From contig JBHHUM010000005.1 of the NCBI GenBank assembly GCA_046861645.1, positions 1 to 56,116 of the forward strand: DNA of 56,116 nucleotides, read 5' to 3'. Every line of letters starts with the position of its first letter. The first letter of the stretch is position 1. Positions 35,980 to 47,303 of the stretch are shown in pieces. Source of the stretch: Fidelibacterota bacterium. Its GTDB lineage: Bacteria > Fidelibacterota > Marinisomatia > Marinisomatales > UBA2128. A program made the position numbers and the translations under genes. A model generated the notes under the pieces. That model had not been told where the DNA came from. It saw nothing but the letters and a program-made list of their open reading frames with translations, and did no database searches.

Positions 35980-36990
35980 TCAATTCTCCCTGTTAATCAA
36001 ATTAACAATGACTTTCACAATAAGCTCTTTTTCTTCCGGGTTACTTTGGGCTACCATCAGTGTGAGGGCTACTAGAGCGTTATCAGCAATCCGTTTGCTA
36101 CCATCTTTCCGATAAAGGCAACTATTTCGGTCGAGAAACCAGAGAAAGATGGAGGCGCCGATCCGTTTATTCCCGTCGACAAAGGGGTGATTCTTGATAA
36201 CAAAGTAAAGCAGGTGTGCCGCTTTCTCCTAAACGCTGGGGTAGGCGTCTTTGCCTCCCACCGTCTGGTAGATTGATCTCAGCGAACCTCTAAGCGAATC
36301 GTCCTTTTCCAAACCAAATAGCCCCACCTCTTCTCCAGACTTCTTTAATTGAGCCGATATTTCATCAATGCTTCTTCTAGCGGTTTCATAATCGAGAACA
36401 AACTTGACCTCCTCGTGAGTATCCTGAATGGTCAGACTTCGACGATCAAAATCATCCAGGGTCTTCAGACCATAGGCATAATCGGAAATGACCTGCAGCA
36501 ATCCCCGGGTTTCGTCCTGAGAAAGCTGCCTAGTTTCGGCTACTGACTGTATCAGTTTTATACTCTGGGTCAATTCATCGAGTCCCCGTTCCCGTTCCTG
36601 CAGCCTCTGTTTATTCAGCGCGTAACCCTTCATAGTATACTCACGGAGGACGTTGGTCGCCCAGATGCGGAATTGGGTACCCCGCTTTGATTTAACGCGG
36701 TATCCTACCGATATAATGACATCCTAATTATATGAATTCACGGATCGTCTTACCTGCCGATTACCCTCCTGTTGAACTATAAGGGATTTCCTTATAGTTG
36801 CTTTTTTGGATAGCTCGCGTTCTGAATAGATATTCCGGATATGTTCGTTAATTGTCATTACATTCTTATCGAATAATTCTGACATTTGACGTTGAGATAG
36901 CCAAACAGTGTCTTCTGCTACACGCACCTCAAGTGTTGGCGCTTTCCCCTTTTGCTTGTAAATGACAATATCTGTCTGTTTATCCACCAT
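35980..36990 (-). pseudogene. RhuM/virulence-protein + Fic/Doc fusion interrupted by two in-frame TAG codons
   Basis: One 337-codon frame: TVWLSQRQMSELF...SYN*DVIISVGYRVKSKRGTQFRIWAT...YPSV*EKAAHLLYFVIKNHPFVDGNKRIG; stops at 36724-36726 and 36229-36231. Confidence 0.88.
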
Positions 36991-37130
36991 AGATTTTCCC
37001 CATACTTCAAACCCAATATTCAGGTTCTATCGAATCCTCCCTTATACTTTCGAACTATCAAGTATTCCTCAGAAGTCCACCTACTCTCAAGTTCTCCTTC
37101 TTTGAAACGTTGTTGATGTGGAGGCTTATT

Positions 37131-37210
37131 ATCTGTGTTGTCTGTTGAAATGGGAGAGGTATTCATATTAAAGCAAATTTAGCCACGGATGTACACAGAT
37201 AAACAAGGAT
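37131..37210. repeat. Short heptamer repeats CA(C/A)(A/G)GAT at 10-bp period, plus an inverted partial copy
   Basis: CACGGAT-gta-CACAGAT-aaa-CAAGGAT (37184-37210); ATCTGTGTTGTCTGTTG (37131-37147) in opposite orientation. Confidence 0.5.
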
Positions 37211-37227
37211 TCAATACTCTGCCCAAA

Positions 37228-37902
37228 TCACCATGGAATCTCTGATCCATCGTATCCTAGGAAGCTCCCTCCATCATCAATACCAGCAGTATCAATGACC
37301 TGCACCATCCCACTTACCGACTCCTCAATGCTGAGGAGAGCACTGGCCCCTCCCATATCGGTCCGTACCCAGCCGGGATGAATAGCAAAGACGACGACAC
37401 CGACTCCAGCCAGCTCCAAGTGGAGGTTCTTCGTGGCCATGTTGAGAGCTGCCTTACTCATTCTGTAATCATAGTAACCACCAGAAGTATTATCAGTAAT
37501 AGAACCCATTCGGGAAGTAACGTTCACCACTTTAGACCCCTTCGCCAAGTGCGTCTTTAGTTGTTTTGTTAACAGCACAGGACCAATGGCATTCGTAGAG
37601 TATGTACGGATAAGGTCGTCAAATGAGGGAAGTTCAGCACTGGTATCCTCGCCCACCCCTGCGTTATTGATTAGAATATCCAGTCGATTTACTAGCTCCC
37701 TGACTCTGCTTGCGGCTTCTGAAATAGACCCAGGATCAGCCACATCTATCCGAAGAATATGTTCCTTGGGAACCAGTTCCTTTAATTCGACGGCTCGTTC
37801 AGGAATACGACACCCAGCAATAATGTTGTCACCACGGTTCGCATAGTGCTGTACAAATCCCAATCCAAGCCCACGGTTTGCGCCAGTAATGAAAATGTTC
37901 AT
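37228..37902 (-). CDS. Short-chain dehydrogenase/reductase (CsgA/C-factor-like)
   Basis: ITGANRGLG, LINNAGV, VTSRMGSI, YRMSKAALNM, IHPGWVRTDMGG. Confidence 0.92.
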   Translation of the reverse strand: MNIFITGANRGLGLGFVQHYANRGDNIIAGCRIPERAVELKELVPKEHILRIDVADPGSISEAASRVRELVNRLDILINNAGVGEDTSAELPSFDDLIRTYSTNAIGPVLLTKQLKTHLAKGSKVVNVTSRMGSITDNTSGGYYDYRMSKAALNMATKNLHLELAGVGVVVFAIHPGWVRTDMGGASALLSIEESVSGMVQVIDTAGIDDGGSFLGYDGSEIPW

Positions 37903-37916
37903 CTGACTTTCATGTG

Positions 37917-39686
37917 TTATTTCTTCAGCTGAATTCCCAGCTCGTCAAGCTGCTCTTTAGCAACTTCGCTGGGTGAACCGTCCATAAGACTGAGGGCGCT
38001 TGTGGTCTTGGGGAAGGCGATAACGTCCCGGATCTGGTGAGTCCCTGCCAAAAGCATAACGAAGCGGTCGTACCCGAAAGCAATGCCGCCGTGAGGCGGA
38101 GCACCGTAAGTAAGCGCCTCCAGTAAAAAACCGAACTTTTCATTGGCTTCCTCTTTCGACATGCCCAAGATTTCAAAGATCTTCATCTGTACCTTGGGAT
38201 TGTGATTCCTGATGGAGCCGCCGGCTATTTCATAGCCATTGATGACCAAGTCGTAGGCTCGAGATTTCACTGCTCCGGGATCACTCTCCAACAGCTCCAT
38301 ATCTTCCTCCCGAGGTGAGGTAAACGGATGGTGCAGAAAGGTCCACTGCCCGGTCTTCTCGTCCTTCTCGAACTGAGGGAATTCCGTTATCCAGACAGGC
38401 TGATAGTCATCATTGGAAATCAGGTTATCTCTTTTGGCAATCTCCAACCGGAGTACTCCCATGGTCGCTAGAACTGAGGAATGTTCCCCTGCCGCTGTCA
38501 GAATGAGAGCGCCATCCTTTAGCTTCAGATCAGAGATAATCTTCTGCTGCAATTCCTTGCCAAAAAACTTGCTCATACCTCCGGTAAACTCACCGGCTTG
38601 AAGACGCATCCAGAACAATCCTCCCAGCGCAGATTTTCCCTCCTGAGCAGAGTAGTCCTTCACAAAATCTGTAAGCCCGTCTATCACTTTCCGCGAGTAG
38701 CCACTGCCGTTATCGATGACAATCGTCTTAACGCATTCTGCATCGTGCATCGCTTTAAACTCAGAAGCGGCGCCGTATTCCGCAAAATCTATCAGCGGTA
38801 AGCCGAAACGAATATCCGGCCTGTCCGTACCGTACATCTCCAACGCTTCTTCGTAAGCCATCACAGGAAACCCTTCAGGCAGTTCCACATCTATCACTTC
38901 CCGGAAGACATGCCGGACAAGGCCTTCCACAGCCTCCCGGATATCGTCCTCATCAATGAACGACATCTCCAGATCGATCTGAGTAAACTCAGGCTGGCGA
39001 TCCGCACGCAGGTCTTCATCCCGGAAACACCTGACGATCTGAAAGTAACGATCAAATCCGGAGATCATTAGCAGCTGTTTGTAAGTCTGCGGTGATTGCG
39101 GCAGTGCATAGAACCTCCCCTTGTGAATACGGCTCGGCACCAGGTAGTCCCGGGCTCCCTCGGGAGTAGAACGCATGAGAAACGGGGTTTCTATCTCTAT
39201 GAAATTTCTACTGGAAAGGTAGGTTCGTACCGCCTGTGATGCTCGGTGACGTATATCCATATAGTATTGTAATTCTTTGGTGCGGAGTTCCAAATAACGA
39301 TATTTCAAACGAAAATCCTCCGTGGCACTTTCCCGATCACTGACTACAAATGGCAGGGGGGCCGCTTCATTCAATAGCTCGATTTCTTCGACCTCCACTT
39401 CAATCTCTCCCGTTAGCAAGTCGCTTTTTACCGCCCCCTCCTTACGGGAGTGTACTTGACCTTTAATAGAGATGACATCTTCCATGGAGAGCTTTCGCCC
39501 AAGTTGAAATTGATCCGGATGAGATTCTTCATTAAAAGTTATTTGGGTTCTTCCAAAACGATCTCGAATATCCACAAAGATTAGACCCCCATGATCTCTG
39601 GTGGTAGCAACCCAACCATTCAAACAGACTTGACTACCGATGTCTGATGAACGAAGTTCACCACAGGTGTGAGTACGCTTGAACAT
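37917..39686 (-). CDS. aspS: Aspartate--tRNA ligase
   Basis: MFKRTHTCGEL, RDHGGLIFVDIRD, STPEGARDYLVPSR, ALPQSPQ, FRDEDLRADRQPEFTQIDLE, GAPPHGGIAFG. Confidence 0.98.
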   Translation of the reverse strand: MFKRTHTCGELRSSDIGSQVCLNGWVATTRDHGGLIFVDIRDRFGRTQITFNEESHPDQFQLGRKLSMEDVISIKGQVHSRKEGAVKSDLLTGEIEVEVEEIELLNEAAPLPFVVSDRESATEDFRLKYRYLELRTKELQYYMDIRHRASQAVRTYLSSRNFIEIETPFLMRSTPEGARDYLVPSRIHKGRFYALPQSPQTYKQLLMISGFDRYFQIVRCFRDEDLRADRQPEFTQIDLEMSFIDEDDIREAVEGLVRHVFREVIDVELPEGFPVMAYEEALEMYGTDRPDIRFGLPLIDFAEYGAASEFKAMHDAECVKTIVIDNGSGYSRKVIDGLTDFVKDYSAQEGKSALGGLFWMRLQAGEFTGGMSKFFGKELQQKIISDLKLKDGALILTAAGEHSSVLATMGVLRLEIAKRDNLISNDDYQPVWITEFPQFEKDEKTGQWTFLHHPFTSPREEDMELLESDPGAVKSRAYDLVINGYEIAGGSIRNHNPKVQMKIFEILGMSKEEANEKFGFLLEALTYGAPPHGGIAFGYDRFVMLLAGTHQIRDVIAFPKTTSALSLMDGSPSEVAKEQLDELGIQLKK

Positions 39687-39756
39687 ATCAAAATTTGTCT
39701 CTGCAGGATAAAAAGACGAAGGAGTTTCTCAGTGAGATGATCTGCCCTCTCTGGGT

Positions 39757-40151
39757 TCAGCCCCTTCGAGCAACTTTAAGACGATTTTCAGCTCGATTAA
39801 GTTTAGCCCTGGCTTGTTGAATGTCTTCATCTCCCTGAGCCAAACGTTCTCTGGCTTTATTACGTGCTGATTCCGCCCTGGTTACATCTATTTCATCAGA
39901 ACGCTCTGCTGTCTCCACCAATAACTCTACTTTATCGTCAGAGATTTCAGCAAACCCACCACTGGTAGCAAAGAAGATATCCTGGCCATCCTTCGTAATT
40001 TTGATTTCCCCCATACGCAGAGCAATTAGAGCAGGAATATGTCCGCCCATGACGCCAAACAGACCGTCCATCCCCGGACAGCGAACATAAGTTACATCTC
40101 CTGTATCCAGGAACTTAGTGGGAGTAACAATTTCCAATTGAAATGCCTTCA

Positions 40152-40152
<1 letters not shown>
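39757..40152 (-). CDS. atpC: ATP synthase F1 epsilon subunit
   Basis: LEIVTP, GLFGVMGGH, SGGFAEI, AERSDEIDVTRA; last gene of the atp operon. Confidence 0.95.
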
Positions 40153-41582
<1,430 letters not shown>

Positions 41583-41599
41583 TCAGATGTAAATCAATT

Positions 41600-42457
41600 C
41601 TAACGTGCTTTAAGTGCTTCTGCTCCACTGACGATTTCCAGTACTTCTTTAGTAATGGCAGCCTGTCTTAGTTGGTTGAACTCCAGTTTCAAATCATGAA
41701 TCAATTCACCAGCATTTTCTGTGGCATTATCCATGGCCACCATACGAGCTGCCTGTTCACTGGCAAAAGATTCTAAAAGGTACTTCCACATCTCAACATT
41801 CAAATGCCGCGGAATCAGGGAGCATACCAGCTCATCCTTGGAAGGTTCATACAGTCTTTCGCTTTGGATATGCATGTCACCCTCATAAACCAGAGGGAGA
41901 AGTCTTTCCACCCTTATTTCCTGTTTTCCCACACTTCTAAACCAATTAAAAATAACTCGAACCTCATCAACTTTACCAGTTACGAATTGTTCGAGGATAT
42001 TATCACAAAACTCCATGGCATGGTTGAATCTGAGTTCATTCCAGAAGTTGGCATGATAGGTTATGACATTATAATCCCGTTTCTGAAAATAATCTCGCCC
42101 CCGTCGTCCAATACAAATCAGGTCAGTCGATTCTCTACCAAAAGCGTTAATTTCCTCTTCAGCCCGACGGATAATACTGGAGTTGAATGAGCCGGCGAGT
42201 CCCCGATCAGACGTGAATAATACCAGGGCAACTCTCTTTACTTCACGGACATCTAAAAGTGGCAGAAGCGAACGGTCCACATCTGGAAGGAGTGAATGGA
42301 TAACTTGACTTAGACGGGCTTCATAAGGACGGGCTTGTTCCATGCGCTCCTGAGCCCTCCGCAGTTTCGCTGCAGCTACCATCTTCATAGCTCTCGTTAC
42401 CTGTTGAATATTCTGCACAGATTTTATGCGGCTACGAATATCTTTCAGATTAGCCAT
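41600..42457 (-). CDS. atpG: ATP synthase F1 gamma subunit
   Basis: MANLKDIRSRIKSV, TSDRGLAGSFN, SEQAARMVAMDNATENA, RQAAITKEVLEI. Confidence 0.98.
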   Translation of the reverse strand: MANLKDIRSRIKSVQNIQQVTRAMKMVAAAKLRRAQERMEQARPYEARLSQVIHSLLPDVDRSLLPLLDVREVKRVALVLFTSDRGLAGSFNSSIIRRAEEEINAFGRESTDLICIGRRGRDYFQKRDYNVITYHANFWNELRFNHAMEFCDNILEQFVTGKVDEVRVIFNWFRSVGKQEIRVERLLPLVYEGDMHIQSERLYEPSKDELVCSLIPRHLNVEMWKYLLESFASEQAARMVAMDNATENAGELIHDLKLEFNQLRQAAITKEVLEIVSGAEALKAR

Positions 42458-43984
42458 TTATGCGACAGCAAATCCTGATTTAAATTCGGTCACTGCTTTT
42501 TCAAGAGTATTCTCGCTCTCTGCAGTCATCTCACCGGAAACTTCAAGCTCAGAAAGAACATCTCCATAGTTCGCCTCCATGAAGGAGTAAAAACCCTCTT
42601 CAAATTCAACTACCTTGTCAAGGGGAATATCATCAAGAAACCCTTTATTACCTGCCCAAATGATGATCACTTGATTTGGTACTGGAACCGGTGCATACTG
42701 ATCCTGTTTCAGGATTTCCACCATCCTTTGTCCTCTTGTGAGCTGCGCCAGTGTGTTCTTATCCAAATCCGAACCAAATTTAGCAAACGCCTCCAGCTCT
42801 CGGAATTGTGCCAGGTCAAGGCGTAACATTCCGGCTACCTTCTTCATTCCCTTAATCTGAGCATTACCACCTACTCGAGAGACTGATAATCCTACATCGA
42901 TGGCAGGGCGTACTCCTGCATTGAACAACCCGGTCTCCAAATAAATCTGACCATCGGTGATTGAGATAACATTTGTAGGAATATACGCCGATACGTCCCC
43001 TTCCTGGGTCTCGATGATAGGCAGTGCTGTAAGTGATCCACCACCGAGTTCATCCTGCAGTTTACTGGCCCGTTCCAATAACCTGCTGTGCAGATAAAAA
43101 ACATCACCAGGATACGCCTCTCTGCCGGGAGGTCTTCTTAACAAAAGGGACATCTGCCGATAGGCCCAGGCATGTTTAGATAGATCATCATAGATTACCA
43201 GGGCATGCCGACCATTATCTCGGAAATATTCCCCAATGGAGCAGCCCGAATAAGGTGCTATATACTGCAAGGGAGAAGGTTCGGAAGCACTGGCCGCTAC
43301 GACGGTTGTGTACTCCATAGCACCATAAGACTCCAGCTTGGCTACCACCTGGGCAACCGTAGATGCCTTTTGGCCAATGGCAACATAAACGCAGTAAACA
43401 GGGGCATCAGTCTTATGAGTATTCTTCTGATTAATAATGGTGTCCACGGCGATGGCGGTTTTACCCGTCTGCCGGTCTCCAATAATCAGTTCCCGCTGTC
43501 CACGACCGATTGGAATCATACTGTCAATGGCCTTAAGTCCTGTCTGAAGAGGTTCTTTTACAGGTTGACGGGCTAAAACACCTAAAGCTTTACGCTCAAT
43601 AGGTAAACTTTCGGTAGCATCGATAGGTCCTTTCCCATCAATGGGTTGCCCTAAGGGACTCACTACCCGACCTAATAGTGCTTCGCCTACAGGGATCTCA
43701 ACTACCCGACCAGTCCTCTTAGCTATGTCACCTTCTTTAACCAGATGACTTTCCCCGAAAAGGACCAGACCGACATTATCTTCCTCCAGGTTAAGAGCCA
43801 TACCGAAAACATCATTAGGTAATTCCACCAATTCGGTGCTAACCACATTCTCAAGACCGCTGATTCTGGCCACTCCATCACCCACTTCCAGAACTTCACC
43901 CACCTCAGCAACATCAACTGAAATGTCAAATTTCTCGATCTCCCTGATCAGGAGGTCCCTGATTTCATTTGTATTAATATCCAT
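42458..43984 (-). CDS. atpA: ATP synthase F1 alpha subunit
   Basis: [39 protein letters not shown]. Confidence 0.99.
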   Translation of the reverse strand: MDINTNEIRDLLIREIEKFDISVDVAEVGEVLEVGDGVARISGLENVVSTELVELPNDVFGMALNLEEDNVGLVLFGESHLVKEGDIAKRTGRVVEIPVGEALLGRVVSPLGQPIDGKGPIDATESLPIERKALGVLARQPVKEPLQTGLKAIDSMIPIGRGQRELIIGDRQTGKTAIAVDTIINQKNTHKTDAPVYCVYVAIGQKASTVAQVVAKLESYGAMEYTTVVAASASEPSPLQYIAPYSGCSIGEYFRDNGRHALVIYDDLSKHAWAYRQMSLLLRRPPGREAYPGDVFYLHSRLLERASKLQDELGGGSLTALPIIETQEGDVSAYIPTNVISITDGQIYLETGLFNAGVRPAIDVGLSVSRVGGNAQIKGMKKVAGMLRLDLAQFRELEAFAKFGSDLDKNTLAQLTRGQRMVEILKQDQYAPVPVPNQVIIIWAGNKGFLDDIPLDKVVEFEEGFYSFMEANYGDVLSELEVSGEMTAESENTLEKAVTEFKSGFAVA

Positions 43985-43999
43985 TATTACATAGTCCTA

Positions 44000-44554
44000 T
44001 TACTGCTTGATAGTTAGTTCTCGCTTGAGCGACTGTAATTTCCCCTTAATGGAGCCATCAATAAAAAGATTCCCAATGCGTAGTTTTAATCCACCTAACA
44101 AATCAGGATTCACTTTTGCTGTAAACTCCACCGTTTTTTTCCGACCTCCAGTTAATAAACTTCTCCTTATGGAGTTAAATTCTTCCTCAGAAAGGGGGGT
44201 AGCCGAAAAAGCGACCGCTTTCAGAATCTGTAATTCAGTACTTCTCATCACCTCAAATTGTCGCACTATATCTGTCAAAAGATTTTGCTCTCGCTTTTCA
44301 GCTAAGATGCAAAACAAGGTCCTGACCAAAGGATGACATGCCTCGCCTAAAATCGTATTGAGAATAGCCATCCTTTGATTGGATCCAAGTCGATGACTAT
44401 AAAAGAAAACCCTGAAAGTCGCCTCTTTTTTAACCAGATTTTTCAAGAGCAACAAAGAATTGAATACCTCTGTGACAGTATCCATTTCACGGCTGACCGT
44501 CATTAAGACAGTAGTATAATGTTTAGCTTTCCGCTCTATCTTCACGAATGGCAC
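44000..44554 (-). CDS. atpH: ATP synthase F1 delta subunit
   Basis: AKHY, SATPLS, VNPDLLGGLKLRIGNLFIDGSIKGKL; position between atpF and atpA. Start may be GTG 44545. Confidence 0.92.
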   Translation of the reverse strand: MPFVKIERKAKHYTTVLMTVSREMDTVTEVFNSLLLLKNLVKKEATFRVFFYSHRLGSNQRMAILNTILGEACHPLVRTLFCILAEKREQNLLTDIVRQFEVMRSTELQILKAVAFSATPLSEEEFNSIRRSLLTGGRKKTVEFTAKVNPDLLGGLKLRIGNLFIDGSIKGKLQSLKRELTIKQ

Positions 44555-45041
44555 CTACTTTGTTCAGGGAATCTTGTATGAGAGCCAAATTGTCTTCCTT
44601 ACTGATATTACGTTTTAGAAGCTTCTCTGCCACCTTCAGCGAGAGATCTATCACATCTCGCTTGATCTCTTGGACCGCTCTATCTTTCTCTGCTTGAATC
44701 TGGGTTTTGGCATTTTGCACTAGAGCTTCTGCTTTATCCTTGGCCGCAGCGATAATTTCATCCTTTACTTTCTGGGCATTAACCTTAGTTCCTTCAAAGA
44801 CTGACTGAGCGTCCTGTCTGGCCTTGGCTAAAATTTCCTCCGCTTCCTGTTGAACCTGTTCCAATCTCTGCTGAGCGAGATCGGCGTCCTCCAATGATTT
44901 GCGGATCTTTTCTTCCCGGCGTGTTAACGCTTCCAGCAGAGGCTTCCAGACAAATTTAGCTAAGACAGCCAATAGTACCAGGAAGGTGATAATCGACCAG
45001 ATGAACAGACCTGGTTCTATGCGTACGAGAGGATTATCCAT
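44523..45041 (-). CDS. atpF: ATP synthase F0 subunit b
   Basis: PGLFIWSIITFLVLLAVLAKFVWKPL TM followed by a long coiled coil. Confidence 0.95.
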   Translation of the reverse strand: MDNPLVRIEPGLFIWSIITFLVLLAVLAKFVWKPLLEALTRREEKIRKSLEDADLAQQRLEQVQQEAEEILAKARQDAQSVFEGTKVNAQKVKDEIIAAAKDKAEALVQNAKTQIQAEKDRAVQEIKRDVIDLSLKVAEKLLKRNISKEDNLALIQDSLNKVGAIREDRAES

Positions 45042-45071
45042 AATTAACCTCTTATCAAGTTGAAGGGTACG

Positions 45072-45401
45072 TTATTTCATTAAAACTATGAGCAGGCAAA
45101 ATACCTCACCCAGGATAGCCACACCTTCGAGAAGAAAAAGGGGAAGGTTGATTGCAGCAGTTATTTGAGCTGCAGCTTCTGGTTGACGGGCAATTGATTC
45201 TGCTGCTGCAGCAGTAAATCTGCTGATTCCGTACCCTGCGGCAGATACTACCATGCCCAAACCGATTGCTGCACCAAAATAGTGCAGTGTTGAACCGCTT
45301 CCAGCTGCAGTAGCTTCCTCAGCCGTTTCGGCAGCAAAAGCAGGAGCTGCCATACCGAGCATAAAGACGACAACAACCGCAAGCATGATTAACCGTTTCA
45401 T
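45072..45401 (-). CDS. atpE: ATP synthase F0 subunit c with N-terminal signal-peptide-like extension
   Basis: AAGGAGG RBS; hairpin with ARQPE loop and LLEG carboxylate; ~37 extra N-terminal residues. Confidence 0.93.
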   Translation of the reverse strand: MKRLIMLAVVVVFMLGMAAPAFAAETAEEATAAGSGSTLHYFGAAIGLGMVVSAAGYGISRFTAAAAESIARQPEAAAQITAAINLPLFLLEGVAILGEVFCLLIVLMK

Positions 45402-45445
45402 TTTTGTTCCTCCTTATTATCCGTGCTTAACAGTTTGATGGGTTT

Positions 45446-46303
45446 CTAATGATGGGGATGTATTGCCATCCCTACAAAGATTGAGGAAAGAAGAGTGAAA
45501 ACATATGCCTGAATTAAAATCACAATGATTTCCAGTCCTGAAATAGCCACATTTAGTGGCACAGATACAAAAGCACCAGTAGCAATCCCAATGCTATTCC
45601 CAAACAACTCGCTGAAGATAAAAATAAATGACATGATGGAAAGAATGGCTATGTGACCTCCGGTCATATTAGCTGCTAAACGCATGGTTAGAGCAAACGG
45701 CTTTACAAACATGGCGATTATTTCTATCGGTACCAGAAGAAAATAGACACCGAAAGGGTGTCCCGCTGGGGCTAGATTTTTCCAGTGTCCAATAAATCCA
45801 TGTTTAATACTACCCGCGGCAATGATAGCCATGAAAGTCACGGTAGCTAAACCAGCAGTTACATTGAAATTCCCGGTAGCTGTGGAACCCCCAGGAATCA
45901 GATCAAAAAGTGGGATCATTCCCAATGAATTCGTGGTTAAGATAAAGAAGAAAAAGGTAAGAATGAGGGGTGACCAACGTAGATTATCTTCTTTTCCTAC
46001 ATAGGGAATAACCACCTGTGTACGAATGAAATTCACCAGACTCTCCAAAGCATTAGATAAACCACTGGGTACGGGATATTTCTCCCTCCGGTAAATACGG
46101 GTACCCAGGTAGAATAGGGTAAAGACTACCAGAGCAGCAATCCAGAGCATGATGACATGCTTAGTGATAGAAAAATCAATCCCTAAAACTGAAGGAAGTG
46201 GAATCAGGGCTTCACTGTTAGAAACATGATGCAGTATGACGCCTCCTACCTCGTCCAGGACGCTGGAGTGCACAGTTATGGGAGTTTCTGAGGGGTTGAT
46301 CAT
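45446..46303 (-). CDS. atpB: ATP synthase F0 subunit a
   Basis: DFSITKHV, TATGNFNVT, VKPFALTMRLAANMTGGH, LIQAYVFTLLS. Confidence 0.97.
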   Translation of the reverse strand: MINPSETPITVHSSVLDEVGGVILHHVSNSEALIPLPSVLGIDFSITKHVIMLWIAALVVFTLFYLGTRIYRREKYPVPSGLSNALESLVNFIRTQVVIPYVGKEDNLRWSPLILTFFFFILTTNSLGMIPLFDLIPGGSTATGNFNVTAGLATVTFMAIIAAGSIKHGFIGHWKNLAPAGHPFGVYFLLVPIEIIAMFVKPFALTMRLAANMTGGHIAILSIMSFIFIFSELFGNSIGIATGAFVSVPLNVAISGLEIIVILIQAYVFTLLSSIFVGMAIHPHH

Positions 46304-46608
46304 TATGTTTTATCTGATTTATGGCTAGAAAAGAATCGTTGAAAGTACAAAGCTTCCCCTATTTGAAGAAATATAAAAACCACACAAAAAGAAAAAACAA
46401 AAGCAGCAAAACTTACTTCAAATGAAGAAGCTATAATGATCAATGCAACAGCATAAAGAAAAAGCCTGATAATAAAAATCATAATGTTGGCACTGATGGC
46501 TTTCTGAGGTGATCGCTTGATCTTTTTTCTGATTATTGAAAAAGTTATGATATTAATAATAAAAGGTATGGACGCTCCAAGTAAGATGGATAGTAGGAAA
46601 AGGGACAC
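46303..46608 (-). CDS. atpI: ATP synthase accessory membrane protein I-like
   Basis: Small hydrophobic protein with IIRLFL motif directly before atpB (TAATG overlap). Confidence 0.65.
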   Translation of the reverse strand: MSLFLLSILLGASIPFIINIITFSIIRKKIKRSPQKAISANIMIFIIRLFLYAVALIIIASSFEVSFAAFVFSFCVVFIFLQIGEALYFQRFFSSHKSDKT

Positions 46609-46609
46609 T

Positions 46610-46852
46610 CTATCTTCTCAGGCTCACTCGTGCCAACTCCCAGATCCCCACTACCACCCCAAGGAGAAGTCCCCCTACCAGTATCCAAGGAGAGGTTCCC
46701 AACCATTGATCCAATAAATAACCCAGGAGCCCTAATCCTAAAATGGAACCAATTAACATATAGGAAGCACTCATATATGGACTGGATTGACGAACGATTT
46801 TTTGAAATGCTTCAAATACACGAGCAAAATAATTTTCATCGGGCAGGCTCAC
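46610..46852 (-). CDS. AtpZ/AtpI family small membrane protein
   Basis: LGLLGYLLDQWLGTSPWILVGGLLLGVVVG motif; first gene of the atp cluster. Confidence 0.85.
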   Translation of the reverse strand: MSLPDENYFARVFEAFQKIVRQSSPYMSASYMLIGSILGLGLLGYLLDQWLGTSPWILVGGLLLGVVVGIWELARVSLRR

Positions 46853-46871
46853 TTAATTCCCTGTAGCCAGA

Positions 46872-47303
46872 TCATACCACATCCAAGGTATCAGAATCGC
46901 TGCCTGAAGGGGTATTAACAGTATCCAAATGTTCTCTTTTTATAGCTGAACTCTGACCTTCCTTCTTTAAGGGTACCAGGTCACATCTCCCTTCAAAATG
47001 GGCTCCCTCTTCAATGACGAGCTTACGATAAATGATGTCACCTTTTACCGTGGAATGTCCTCGTAGTACTACCTTACCGATGGTAGAGAGTTTTCCTTCA
47101 ACTACCCCCCCAATAAAAGCATCTGATGCCATCACATCCCCTTTTACCAAAGCATCCCTGGCAACCCGTACCGATCCCTCTGTGTAGACATTACCATAAA
47201 CCTTACCACAGATAATGGCGCCACCCTTTAATACCAAGTCTCCATGTATAACGGCGTCGGCGCCGATCATCGTCCCGACATGCTTCAAGCTGTCTTTAGC
47301 CAT
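46872..47303 (-). CDS. Bactofilin (polymer-forming cytoskeletal protein, CcmA family)
   Basis: TMIGADAVIHGDL...GKVYGNV...VKGDV...IGGVVEG...VKGDIIYRKLVIEEGAHFEGRC beta-helix; start taken at ATG 47303. Confidence 0.92.
   Translation of the reverse strand: MAKDSLKHVGTMIGADAVIHGDLVLKGGAIICGKVYGNVYTEGSVRVARDALVKGDVMASDAFIGGVVEGKLSTIGKVVLRGHSTVKGDIIYRKLVIEEGAHFEGRCDLVPLKKEGQSSAIKREHLDTVNTPSGSDSDTLDVV

Noticed and set aside
36229..36726. Amber recoding (pyrrolysine or alternative genetic code) in the Fic gene
   Set aside because: The two TAGs replace different expected residues (Leu, Glu), and TAG is a normal stop in atpG, fadE and others in this window.
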